A stretch of 64,000 nucleotides of DNA, from assembly GCA_904386005.1 (NCBI GenBank), contig CAJFKR010000003.1, positions 7,587 through 71,586 on the forward strand. The letters are read 5' to 3'. This document shows, one piece after another, positions 26,543 to 36,001 of this stretch. The position numbers were made by a program, and so were the translations under genes. Every line of letters starts with the position of its first letter. Within the stretch, counting starts at the first letter, position 1. The DNA is from Candidatus Flemingiibacterium merdigallinarum (GTDB taxonomy: Bacteria; Bacillota; Clostridia; Oscillospirales; CAG-272). The notes under the pieces were generated by a model. That model ran no database searches. It was not told where the DNA came from and was given only the letters and a program-made list of their open reading frames with translations.

Positions 26543-29500
26543 TCAGATTATCGTTCTGCCTTCGTAGACTTTGACCGCGCCGCCGGAAAGGAATACAGCT
26601 TCGTCCGTGTAACGAATCTTGAGGTCGCCGCCTTTGAGCTTTACAGTGATTTCCTCGTTCTTCGGACAGTAGCCGTTTTCAACCGCCGCGACAACCGCCG
26701 CACAAGCACCGCTGCCGCAGGCAAAGGTTTCGCCCGATCCGCGCTCCCAGACGCGCATCTTCAAGGTCGTTCGATTCAAAACCTTAATAAATTCGGTGTT
26801 GACGCGCTCGGGGAAAAGCGGGTCGTTTTCGAACTTCGGTCCGATGACTTCGAGATTCAAATTGTCGAGCGGAGCATCGAGATCTTCGCTGAATACGACG
26901 CAATGCGGATTGCCCATTGATACGCAGGTAATGCGGTAACGCCCGTCAGCGACCTGTACCGGTACGCCTATCGCGGTGTTTCCGGCGAGTTTGACCGGTA
27001 TAAGCGCCGGCTTTAATTCAGCCTTGCCCATATCGACTGTCGCCCAGCTTACTTCGCCGTTGACCTTTTCGACGGTTACCTTGCGGACGCCGCTCAAGGT
27101 TTCAATGGTAACGCTGTCGCCGTCGACAAGCTTGTTGTCAATCATATATTTCGCGATGCAGCGCGCCGCGTTGCCGCACATCTTGCCCTCGGTTCCGTCA
27201 AGGTTGAACATACGCATCTTGACGTCAGCCTTGTCTGACGGATACATCAGTACGACGCCGTCTCCGCCGATGCCGAAGTGGCGGTCGGCGAGCCGTATGG
27301 ACAGTCCCTCAGGATTGTCGATCTTCTGGTTGAAGCAGTTGAAGTAGATGTAGTCATTGCCGCAGGCTTCCATCTTGGTGAATTCAAGTGAAGCCTTTTC
27401 GGTGCGCATATCGTTGATGTCAACAAGCTCGGTGCAGGCCTGCGAATAACGGCTCTTCAGGCAATCGGCGACCGCGTTAGCGGTGTCGATCGAAGTCAGA
27501 CAGGGAATCGCGCGCTCGACTGCTTTACGGCGAATCTTTACGCTATCGCGCGACGGAATGCGTCCTTTTGCGGAGGTCGAAATCACATAATCGATCCAAC
27601 CGCTCTCGATGAGCTTGAGCGTGTTGTTTTCGCCCTCGTGAATTTTGTCGACGACCTTGACTTTCATGCCGTAATCTTCGATAACTTTCGCAGTACCACG
27701 GGTAGCGTATAGCTCAAAGCCGAGATCATAATAACGCTTCGCTACCTCGCCGACCTCCGACTTGTCACTGTCACGTACCGTGATGAATACGCCGCCATGC
27801 TTTTTAAGCGTGTAGCCGGCTGCGATCAGTCCTTTGTAGAGCGCTTCTTCACGAGTGCTTGCCAGACCGAGGACTTCGCCGGTCGATTTCATCTCGGGTC
27901 CGAGGTGATTGTCGACGTTCATCAGCTTTTCGAATGAGAATACCGGAACCTTGACTGCGACATACGGCGAGGTTTTATACAGACCGACACCATAACCCAT
28001 GTCTTTGAGCTTTTCACCGAGCATAGCGCGGGTTGCGAGGTCGACCATCGGCACGCCGGTGACCTTGCTGATATAGGGAATCGTGCGCGACGAACGCGGG
28101 TTGACTTCGATTACATAGAGCTGGTCATGGTAAATCAGATACTGAATATTGACAAGTCCCATGATTTTGAGCGAGACTGACAGCTTCTTCGTGCAGTCGA
28201 TGATGTCGTGGCGGAGCTTGTCGTTGATGTTCCACGCCGGATAGACGGCAATCGAGTCGCCCGAATGGATACCGGTGCGCTCGACGTGCTCCATGATTCC
28301 GGCGATGAGGATGTCCTCGCCGTCGCAGATTGCGTCGACTTCGAGCTCAATGCCCATCAGATATTTGTCGATAAGCACCGGATTCTCGATGTTGTGCGAC
28401 AGGATGATCGCCATGTATTCCTTGATGTCGTCGTCGGTGAACGCAATTATCATATTTTGTCCGCCGAGGACGTAGGACGGGCGCATAAGCACCGGATATC
28501 CGATCCGGTTCGCGATTTCAAGCGCTTCCTCGGTGGTCATGACCGTATAGCCAACCGGGCGCTTGATGTGGTGCTCCTCGAGCAGCTCGTCGAAGCGCTC
28601 GCGGTCCTCAGCGGCGTCGATCGAGTCGGCGCTCGTGCCGAGAATGTTTATATTCTGCTTTGATAAGAACTTGGTCAGCTTGATGGCAGTCTGACCGCCG
28701 AACGCGACGACGACGCCGACCGGATTTTCGGTCTCGATGATATTCATTACATCTTCGTTTGTCAGCGGCTCGAAGTAGAGTCGGTCAGCGGTGTCAAAGT
28801 CGGTCGAAACCGTCTCGGGGTTGTTGTTGACGATTACGACGTCATATCCGGCTTTCTTCAGCGACCAGACGCAGTGTACCGAAGCGTAGTCGAATTCGAT
28901 ACCCTGACCGATGCGGATAGGTCCGGCGCCAAATACGATCACCGTTTTCTTGTCGGGCGATTTGTGCTCGTTGATGAATTCGGTAGCTTCGTTCTCGTCG
29001 TCATATGTCGAATAGAAGTAAGGAGTCTCGGCGCTGAATTCGGCCGCGCAGGTGTCGACCATTTTGTATACGGCGCGGCGGTGCATACCCTCGGGCAGCG
29101 GTTTGCCGGACAGCTCTTCGATTACCTTGTCCGGGAAGCCGAGCTTTTTCGCGTCGAGGTAGAGCTCACTTGTCAGCGGTTCGGTCGCGAGTATCTGTTC
29201 GAATTCGGCGAGGTGGCGCAGCTTGCAGAGGAACCACTCGTCAATCATAGTGCATTCATGTATGTGCTCGACCGAAACTCCGCGGCGAAGCGCTTCATAT
29301 ACAATGAATATCCGCTCGTCGTCAATTTCATGCAGACGTGCTTCAATCTCGTCGTCGGTCATATCGCGGTATTTCGGCGCGGACATACTCGACATACCGA
29401 TTTCGACTCCGCGCACGGCTTTCATCATCGCCTGCTCGAAGCTCGTGCCGATAGCCATTACCTCGCCGGTCGCCTTCATCTGCGTGCCGAGCGTGCGCTT

Positions 29501-30604
29501 AGCATAGACAAATTTGTCAAACGGCCACTTCGGGAACTTGACGACGACATAGTCGATCGACGGCTCAAAGCAGGCGTAAGTCTTTTTTGTGACCGCGTTG
29601 ACAATTTCAGGAAGCGTGTATCCGATTGCGATTTTGGCAGCGACCTTGGCAATCGGATATCCGGTCGCCTTTGACGCGAGCGCGGACGAACGCGATACAC
29701 GCGGGTTGACCTCGATTACCGCGTATTCGAAGCTCTCGGGATGGAGCGCGAACTGCACGTTGCAGCCGCCTTCGATTTTCAGCTCGTTGATAATAGCGAG
29801 CGCGGCTGAACGCAGCATCTGATATTCCTTGTCGGACAATGTGACAGCCGGAGCGATGACGATGCTGTCGCCGGTGTGGACGCCGACCGGGTCTACATTC
29901 TCCATTGAGCAGATCGTGATTACGTTTCCGGCGCTGTCGCGCATTACTTCGAACTCGATCTCTTTCCAGCCGGATACGCACTTTTCGACCAGCACCTGAT
30001 TTATTGGCGACAGTCGAAGTCCGGTCTCGGCGATTTCGATAAACTCCTCCTCGGTGTTGGCAATGCCGCCGCCGGTGCCGCCGAGCGTGAACGCCGGACG
30101 GATGATAAGCGGATAGCCGTTCGAGTGAGCGAACGCGAGCGCGGCTTCGATGTCATTGACAACGGTAGACGGAATGACCGGCTGACCGATTTTCATCATC
30201 GTGTCCTTGAACGCCTGACGGTCCTCGGCTTTGTCTATAGTCTCGGGATTTGCGCCGAGCAGCTTGACTCCCATTTTGTCAAGGAAGCCTTCTTTGGCGA
30301 GCTGCATACTCAAGGTCAGACCGGTCTGACCTCCGAGCGTCGACAACAGGCTGTCGGGACGCTCTTTTTCGATGATGCGCTTGATGGTGGGGAGGGTCAG
30401 CGGCTCGATATATACCTCATCCGCCATTGCGTTATCGGTCATTATCGTCGCAGGGTTGGAGTTGACGAGTACGACCTCAAGACCGTCTTCCTTTAACGCG
30501 CGGCAGGCCTGTGTTCCCGCGTAGTCGAATTCGGCTGCCTGTCCGATTACAATAGGACCGGAACCGATAACCATGACCTTTTTTAACGCTTTATTGAGCG
30601 GCAT
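26543..30604 (-). CDS. carB: Carbamoyl-phosphate synthase large subunit fused in frame to diaminopimelate epimerase (1353 aa)
   Basis: Residues 1-~1065 are a complete CarB: two ATP-grasp halves ([19 protein letters not shown] / [18 protein letters not shown]) plus an MGS-like tail. Residues ~1070-1353 are a complete DapF ([46 protein letters not shown]). No stop codon separates them. Confidence 0.85.
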   Translation of the reverse strand: MPLNKALKKVMVIGSGPIVIGQAAEFDYAGTQACRALKEDGLEVVLVNSNPATIMTDNAMADEVYIEPLTLPTIKRIIEKERPDSLLSTLGGQTGLTLSMQLAKEGFLDKMGVKLLGANPETIDKAEDRQAFKDTMMKIGQPVIPSTVVNDIEAALAFAHSNGYPLIIRPAFTLGGTGGGIANTEEEFIEIAETGLRLSPINQVLVEKCVSGWKEIEFEVMRDSAGNVITICSMENVDPVGVHTGDSIVIAPAVTLSDKEYQMLRSAALAIINELKIEGGCNVQFALHPESFEYAVIEVNPRVSRSSALASKATGYPIAKVAAKIAIGYTLPEIVNAVTKKTYACFEPSIDYVVVKFPKWPFDKFVYAKRTLGTQMKATGEVMAIGTSFEQAMMKAVRGVEIGMSSMSAPKYRDMTDDEIEARLHEIDDERIFIVYEALRRGVSVEHIHECTMIDEWFLCKLRHLAEFEQILATEPLTSELYLDAKKLGFPDKVIEELSGKPLPEGMHRRAVYKMVDTCAAEFSAETPYFYSTYDDENEATEFINEHKSPDKKTVIVFGAGPIRIGQGIEFDYASVHCVWSLKKAGYDVVIVNNNPETVSTDFDTADRLYFEPLTNEDVMNIIETENPVGVVVAFGGQTAIKLTKFLSKQNINILGTSADSIDAAEDRERFDELLEEHHIKRPVGYTVMTTEEALEIANRIGYPVLMRPSYVLGGQNMIIAFTDDDIKEYMAIILSHNIENPVLIDKYLMGIELEVDAICDGEDILIAGIMEHVERTGIHSGDSIAVYPAWNINDKLRHDIIDCTKKLSVSLKIMGLVNIQYLIYHDQLYVIEVNPRSSRTIPYISKVTGVPMVDLATRAMLGEKLKDMGYGVGLYKTSPYVAVKVPVFSFEKLMNVDNHLGPEMKSTGEVLGLASTREEALYKGLIAAGYTLKKHGGVFITVRDSDKSEVGEVAKRYYDLGFELYATRGTAKVIEDYGMKVKVVDKIHEGENNTLKLIESGWIDYVISTSAKGRIPSRDSVKIRRKAVERAIPCLTSIDTANAVADCLKSRYSQACTELVDINDMRTEKASLEFTKMEACGNDYIYFNCFNQKIDNPEGLSIRLADRHFGIGGDGVVLMYPSDKADVKMRMFNLDGTEGKMCGNAARCIAKYMIDNKLVDGDSVTIETLSGVRKVTVEKVNGEVSWATVDMGKAELKPALIPVKLAGNTAIGVPVQVADGRYRITCVSMGNPHCVVFSEDLDAPLDNLNLEVIGPKFENDPLFPERVNTEFIKVLNRTTLKMRVWERGSGETFACGSGACAAVVAAVENGYCPKNEEITVKLKGGDLKIRYTDEAVFLSGGAVKVYEGRTII

Positions 30605-30605
30605 A

Positions 30606-31703
30606 TTATTTATCCTCCTTCATCATTGCTATAAATCTATCGAACAGAAACTCGGTGTCAAGCGGACCGGCGGCGGCTTCGGGGTGGAACTGAACCGTGA
30701 ACGCCGGAATCGACGTGTAGTCTATTCCCTCGCAGGTGCCGTCGTTGCCGTTTACAAAGCTCATCGACGCGCCCTCGGGTAGCGAATCGGGCAGGATTTC
30801 GTAGCCGTGGTTCTGGCTCGTGATGAACACGCGCTTGTCGCTCTGACGGATTGCCGGCTGATTTTCGCCGCGGTGTCCGTATTTGAGCTTTTTCGACTTC
30901 GCGCCCATAGCGAGCGCGAGCAGCTGATGACCGAGGCAGATGCCGAATATGGGTATTCTATATTCGCAGAGCTTTGTCATCTCTTGAATTATCAATGGAT
31001 TGTCAGCCGGGTCTCCAGGGCCGTTCGAGAGCATGATGCCGTCCGGCTTCATCGCGACAATATCCTCTGCCGTCGACGACGCGGGCATTTTTACTACCTC
31101 GCAGCCGCGCGCGAGCAGCTGACGGCGGATATTCTCCTTTGTGCCGAAATCCCAGAGGACGACGCGGTATTTCTTATCTTCGGGAGTCATGATTTCGGGC
31201 TGCTTGCAGGTCACGCGCTCGACCGCGTCGCGTATCACATAATCGTGCAGCTCGGAAAGCGTTTCGTCAAGCTGTTCGGGAAGCGAATATGTGATCTTGG
31301 CGTTCATGACGCCGACCTCACGCACGATGCGGGTCAGCGCGCGAGTGTCGATGTCGGACACGCCCACGACCTTATGCTCTTTCAAAAAAACGTCAAGAGC
31401 ACCCTCGCTTCTGAAATTGGAAGGCTCTTGACATATATCGCGGACAATATAGGCGGCGAGTGCGGTGTCTTTACATTCAAAATCAGACGGGATCACACCG
31501 TAGTTGCCGATGAGTGGGAATGTCTGGATGACGACTTGACCTAAAAAGCTGGGATCGGTCAGCGTCTCAAGATATCCGGACATTGAAGTGGTGAAAACAA
31601 GCTCGCCCATGGTTTCGGCTTCGTAACCGAACGACCTGCCGCGAAATACCTTACCGTTTTCGAGTATAAGGTAAACGGGTTTTGTGCGCATATTCATGAT
31701 CAT
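30606..31703 (-). CDS. carA: Carbamoyl-phosphate synthase small (glutaminase) subunit
   Basis: Class-I amidotransferase motifs GICLGHQLL and VQFHPEA. The stop lies 1 nt from the carB ATG. The start could be 31703 or 31697 (AAAGGA precedes both). Confidence 0.92.
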   Translation of the reverse strand: MIMNMRTKPVYLILENGKVFRGRSFGYEAETMGELVFTTSMSGYLETLTDPSFLGQVVIQTFPLIGNYGVIPSDFECKDTALAAYIVRDICQEPSNFRSEGALDVFLKEHKVVGVSDIDTRALTRIVREVGVMNAKITYSLPEQLDETLSELHDYVIRDAVERVTCKQPEIMTPEDKKYRVVLWDFGTKENIRRQLLARGCEVVKMPASSTAEDIVAMKPDGIMLSNGPGDPADNPLIIQEMTKLCEYRIPIFGICLGHQLLALAMGAKSKKLKYGHRGENQPAIRQSDKRVFITSQNHGYEILPDSLPEGASMSFVNGNDGTCEGIDYTSIPAFTVQFHPEAAAGPLDTEFLFDRFIAMMKEDK

Positions 31704-31791
31704 CCTTTCATAAATATCGAGGCTGCCGAAGTCGTCCGCGGCTCGCGTCGACTTCGTCTCCCCGTAAAATTCTTATCCTATCATTCATAAT

Positions 31792-31821
31792 ATTATATCA
31801 CAAAAAGCATATTCATGTCAA
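31792..31821 (-). promoter_or_regulatory. carAB promoter (extended -10)
   Basis: The minus strand reads TTGACA (31821-16), 18 nt, TGaTATAAT (-10 at 31797-92). The ~90-nt leader contains the hairpin gaagtcg...cgacttc but has no U-tract. Confidence 0.55.
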
Positions 31822-32037
31822 TGCGTAATAATGTATAAATATAAATTAAATGTGTGACAAACGATAATGATGAATGACTAATGGCGTATAATAATTCGCG
31901 GTATTCGGTTTTTACTGTTATAATCAAGAATTCGCGACCGCGAAACTTACGTCATAAACGGTCAAACGACGTCATAAGCATCGAAGCCAGAATACTCGCG
32001 GTTTATAGCCTTAAAATACATATTAAGTCATGACACC

Positions 32038-32937
32038 TCAAATCTTGAGCGTTTTCTTCTTTTTCGACGCGTTCATCGAGCGGTCGAGGTAGGGCTTGAT
32101 TTCACTGTACAGCCGGCTGGTGACAATTGAAAACAGAATATCGACAATACAGAGCTGACCTATGCGCGAGCTCATCGCGCCGCTGCGGATGAAGCTTTCG
32201 TCCGAAACCATGAACAAATTTACGTCGCAGGCGGAGGAAAGCGAATTTTTACCGTGCTTGGTGATACTGATAGTCGACGCGCCGGTAGATTTTACAATAT
32301 CAAGCGTTTCGAGCAGGTCGCGCGTTTCACCGGTGTAGGAGATGAATACGGCGACGTCGTCGCGCGACAGGTTCGACGCGGTAAGTATCTGCAAATGCGG
32401 GTCGATTTGCGCGGTCGCGATTTTGTTTATCCGCAGGAATTTGTTCTGCGCATCGAGCGCGACGAAGCCCGAATTGCCGACGCCGTAAAAGTCAATGCGT
32501 CTGGCGTGGCAAAGCAGATCGACTGCGCGAGTAAGCTCGTTGTAGTCCATTATATCGACTGTATTTTGTATGGCTTTGATATTATTCTCCGAAACCTTTG
32601 CGACAATTTCAATGGTGTTGTCGTTCGGATTGATGTCTTTATAGGAAAGCTCGCCGCCCTCATTTTGCATAATATCTGCGTTGAGGTACATACACAGCTC
32701 CTTGTAGCCGCTGTATCCGAGCGTTTTGCATAGCCGGACTACCGTCGGTTTACTTGTTTGACATCTGTCCGCAAGCTCGCTTATCGGCAGCCTGACGACC
32801 TCATTCGGATTGTCGATGATGTATTTTGCGATTCGCTTTTCACTTGCGGAGAGACGTTCGTAGCTCTCTTTGATATTGAGATAACAGCGCAGAAGAAACA
32901 CTCCTTTTTGCTCTGATTTACGGCAAAATAATGCCAA
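32038..32937 (-). CDS. RpiR/MurR-family transcriptional regulator (HTH + SIS domain)
   Basis: HTH_6-like region LSASEKRIAKYIIDNPNEV...ISELADRCQTSKPTVVRLCKTLGYSGYKEL. SIS domain IDFYGVGNSGFVALDAQNKF. The start codon (TTG at 32937) is uncertain. Confidence 0.8.
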   Translation of the reverse strand: MALFCRKSEQKGVFLLRCYLNIKESYERLSASEKRIAKYIIDNPNEVVRLPISELADRCQTSKPTVVRLCKTLGYSGYKELCMYLNADIMQNEGGELSYKDINPNDNTIEIVAKVSENNIKAIQNTVDIMDYNELTRAVDLLCHARRIDFYGVGNSGFVALDAQNKFLRINKIATAQIDPHLQILTASNLSRDDVAVFISYTGETRDLLETLDIVKSTGASTISITKHGKNSLSSACDVNLFMVSDESFIRSGAMSSRIGQLCIVDILFSIVTSRLYSEIKPYLDRSMNASKKKKTLKI

Positions 32938-33085
32938 AAGTTTTATATTGTGGAACTATGGAACTTAGAATAGAAATATACTTGAAAATTATGCGATAAA
33001 ATCCCATAATATCAGAATTATCATCGCTTCAAACTAAAAAATACTGATATATGGAACTTGTGAAACTAATTCTGTAACCGCGAAA

Positions 33086-33967
33086 TCACAGCAGACCAAG
33101 CCTTGAAAAACAGTCGCAGGCCGATCCAAGCATATGCGCGCTTTCGAGCCGCTGCGAGCCAGTGATTTGTTCGAGCGATCCTATCTCTTTCAGCCGCGCT
33201 TCGAGCGGCTTTTTGAACAGCGGCAGCGCACGGCTGATTTGACCGCCGAGAATCAGGATTTTCGCTTCGACCAGCTCGAGATAGGGCGCGATAATTTCGC
33301 CGAGCATATCTCCGGTCGTTTCGTATACACGACGCGCCTCGGAGTCGCCCGCGTACGCGCGGCGCTCGACCTCCTTTGCGCTGACGTCTACCTTCGAGTA
33401 ACGCTCGGATATGCCGCGCCCCGAGATGAAATCCTCTGCAATTCGACCTCGGTAGGGCAGCTGCCATATGCTGTATAGCGGCGAGCCGTCCGGCTTGCGC
33501 AATACAACGCCGTCTTTCATCGTCGCGAAGCCAAGTCCGGTGCCGATCATTACTCCGGCGGCGTTCTTGTAGTCGCCATAGGGCGAGTGCCAGAGCTCGC
33601 CGGTCAGATATGCCGCCGAATCGTGTATGAAGGTGACCGGCAGATCAACGATTTCCTGTATCCACGGGCGGAGCGGCAGCTTGTATATCGCCTTGTATTT
33701 GTGCTGCATCAAGCTGTAACCATTTTCATAGTCGAATGGTCCGGGGGTGTCGATAGCCACTGCTGACAGCTCGATGTTTTGCCGCGCGGCGTTCGCGAGC
33801 TGGGTCTCGAGCGTGCGAATGTAGCCTTGGTGTACCGCATCGGCGTCAAGGTCACTGTTTGCTTCGGTCGAATAGATTGAGCCGTCGACGATCTCGGCGT
33901 CGTTTGAAACGATCGCCGACTTCATAAACGTGCCGCCGGCGTCGATTGCGATTAGGTATTTTTTCAT
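33086..33967 (-). CDS. ROK-family sugar kinase
   Basis: GGAG lies 6 nt before the ATG at 33967. MKKYLIAIDAGGTFMKSAIV is the ATPase phosphate-1 motif, and AGVMIGTGLGFA is also present. The tracked start at 34045 is over-extended. Confidence 0.7.
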   Translation of the reverse strand: MKKYLIAIDAGGTFMKSAIVSNDAEIVDGSIYSTEANSDLDADAVHQGYIRTLETQLANAARQNIELSAVAIDTPGPFDYENGYSLMQHKYKAIYKLPLRPWIQEIVDLPVTFIHDSAAYLTGELWHSPYGDYKNAAGVMIGTGLGFATMKDGVVLRKPDGSPLYSIWQLPYRGRIAEDFISGRGISERYSKVDVSAKEVERRAYAGDSEARRVYETTGDMLGEIIAPYLELVEAKILILGGQISRALPLFKKPLEARLKEIGSLEQITGSQRLESAHMLGSACDCFSRLGLL

Positions 33968-34078
33968 TGCGTTCTCCGTTTCATGCGCAAGCCGGTTTAA
34001 ATATATTCCGCCAAGCGCGGTATAATGCGGTATAATATTGTACATTCCGCCGCGGATGTGCGCTTGACGGTCGTATGC

Positions 34079-35923
34079 TCATCTTTTGAGCAGAGTCTTG
34101 TGCTCAACGATGACCGTGCCGGGCTTTCGGTTGACTATTTCATATTCACCCATGGAAGCCGGCACTACGACGATTTCGAGGAATTTCTGCACGAATGACA
34201 GGCTGGGGTCGCGCTTCGAGCGGATTTCGACCTCCTCGCCGTCGACAAGAGTCAGTACGTGGAAGTCGTCGTTAGTATTGTCCTCGATTTTGTCGACGAA
34301 CTTCTCGTTGCGCAGCGAGAAGTAGAGCCGGTCGCACTCGCCGACTACATATTCCTCCCAGCCGTCGCCCGAGCGGAGCGTGCGCTTGCCCCCGTTGACG
34401 AGATTTTTGTATACATAGTCCTCGCGCATATCGCGGTCGAGGTTGAGCGCGCCGTAGTAGCTGTGTATCGGGCGCGGGTTGCCGTCGAGGTCGCGGCGGA
34501 GGTAGTCATACATCTTGTAGGTGTACGAACCGACCGTAAGGCTACCTATCTCGAGTATCAGCTGGTTGCGCCCCGACGCGTGTATCGTGCCGTGCGGTAT
34601 CATCACCTGCACGCCCGGCTTCGACTCGACCGCGTTGATGTATTTCTGATAGTCAACCTCGGTGTGCTCGGTCTCGCTCTGCTTGATGTCGGCGATGAAT
34701 TGGTCGATGTCGGCGTCCTGCTTGAAGCCGAGGTAGGTCTTGGCGTCCTGTCCGGTCGCGACTATGTAGTAGCTCTCGTCCTGCCGGCCGAGCTCGTTCG
34801 CGTTTTCGCGGAGGAATTTCTCGCCAGGGTGCAGCTGTATCGACATATTGCCGTTTGAGTGGAAGGTGTCGTCAAAGTTGAAGCGAATCGGGAAGTAGCC
34901 GCCGAAGTCATTTAGGCAGCGCTCGCCGAGCAGCTTCGCGCCGTTAATACCGATCAGCGTGTAGTAAGGGAACTCGAGCTTGAGGTTGTCTATCTCGACT
35001 ACGGTCGAAACCTCCATCGGGATGAGGTCGAAAATCCACGCGGCGTTTTTCATCGTCCGAGGCAGATTGCGTTCTTTCATTGTATAATATCCGCCCCATA
35101 CGCCCTCGAGGTAAACCGGCTTGCAGCGGAACGGGTAGTCGGTGACCCGAAGCAGGATTTTCTTAAGCGTGTCATACGGCATCGCGACCAGCGCGTCGGG
35201 ATCTGACGCGGCGACATACAAATCGAGATTGCCCGATTTCAGCAGCTCGCGGCGCAGACAGAACGAAAGGTCGAAATCGAAATAGTAATTGCGGCGCATC
35301 GCGAGCTTGAACGGCAGCTCGGCGTCGCGACCGTAGTTGAGATAACCGCCTTTCTTTACGTTCAGCACCGCTTGCTTTGGCGTGACATCGGCGAATACGC
35401 GGTATTTTGCATATGGGAGCAGCTCGTCGCAGAGCGCGCCGTTGCCGTATACAATAGTGATTCCGTCGAACGCCGCGGCGTCGGCAATCAATGCCTGAAC
35501 CTTATTTTCGTCCATAAGTCCGCGGTAGCCCTTGTCATATATCTTGCCGTAGAGCAGCACCGGATCCTTCTCGCGGTCCTCGGGCAGGTATTCGACCAGC
35601 TCGCTATCGAGAATATCGGACGGACGGGCGAGGGTGCGGGTGTCGACCGTGCGGCAGGCGAGTCCGGCTTCGGCTACAGCCGAAGCCGCGAGCTCGCAGA
35701 GCGACGCGAACGGCGCGGTCGCGTAGCCGTCGATAGCGATGATTCCCTGTCCGATCGACTTCGCGGCTTCGGAAATGGCGGCTTTAATCGTAGTCGGACA
35801 GGTAAGGATGGCGGAGAGGTCGACGTCCGGAGCGGTGATACGATTCACCGCGTTGGGGTCGTCGTACGGAAATGGGTTGAACATGAAGCTCATATATTTA
35901 TGACCATGACTTCGCGACAGCAA
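34079..35923 (-). CDS. Class-I mannose-6-phosphate-isomerase-like cupin protein with a large extra N-terminal domain
   Basis: 614 aa. The cupin/PMI-like stretch is NMSIQLHPGEKFLRENANELGRQDESYYIV ... VMIPHGTIHASGRNQLILEIG. The start may be the ATG at 35893 (MSFMFNPF), coupled to an upstream uORF. Confidence 0.55.
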   Translation of the reverse strand: MLSRSHGHKYMSFMFNPFPYDDPNAVNRITAPDVDLSAILTCPTTIKAAISEAAKSIGQGIIAIDGYATAPFASLCELAASAVAEAGLACRTVDTRTLARPSDILDSELVEYLPEDREKDPVLLYGKIYDKGYRGLMDENKVQALIADAAAFDGITIVYGNGALCDELLPYAKYRVFADVTPKQAVLNVKKGGYLNYGRDAELPFKLAMRRNYYFDFDLSFCLRRELLKSGNLDLYVAASDPDALVAMPYDTLKKILLRVTDYPFRCKPVYLEGVWGGYYTMKERNLPRTMKNAAWIFDLIPMEVSTVVEIDNLKLEFPYYTLIGINGAKLLGERCLNDFGGYFPIRFNFDDTFHSNGNMSIQLHPGEKFLRENANELGRQDESYYIVATGQDAKTYLGFKQDADIDQFIADIKQSETEHTEVDYQKYINAVESKPGVQVMIPHGTIHASGRNQLILEIGSLTVGSYTYKMYDYLRRDLDGNPRPIHSYYGALNLDRDMREDYVYKNLVNGGKRTLRSGDGWEEYVVGECDRLYFSLRNEKFVDKIEDNTNDDFHVLTLVDGEEVEIRSKRDPSLSFVQKFLEIVVVPASMGEYEIVNRKPGTVIVEHKTLLKR

Positions 35924-35934
35924 AGTCTTCCTTT
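35890..35934 (-). promoter_or_regulatory. Leader motif copy A: SD, hairpin, and uORF MVINI overlapping the main ATG
   Basis: The minus strand reads AAAGGAAG (35934-27), hairpin gactttgc-tgtc-gcgaagtc (35927-08), then ATGGTCATAAATATATGA (35907-35890). The uORF stop overlaps ATGAGC (35893). The core GCGAAGTCATGGTCATA is identical to the copy at 49277-49318. Confidence 0.55.
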
Positions 35935-36001
35935 CTATTTTTATGTGTTGTGACGAATTCGTAAAACTCGCGAGTTTGAGAATTTATTTTCAAACTTTAC
36001 C

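Noticed and set aside
31704-31791. carA leader hairpin (gaagtcg...cgacttc) considered as a PyrR-type or arginine attenuator
   Set aside because: No U-tract follows the hairpin, and I could not find a PyrR-box-like sequence. The evidence is insufficient to call a regulatory RNA.
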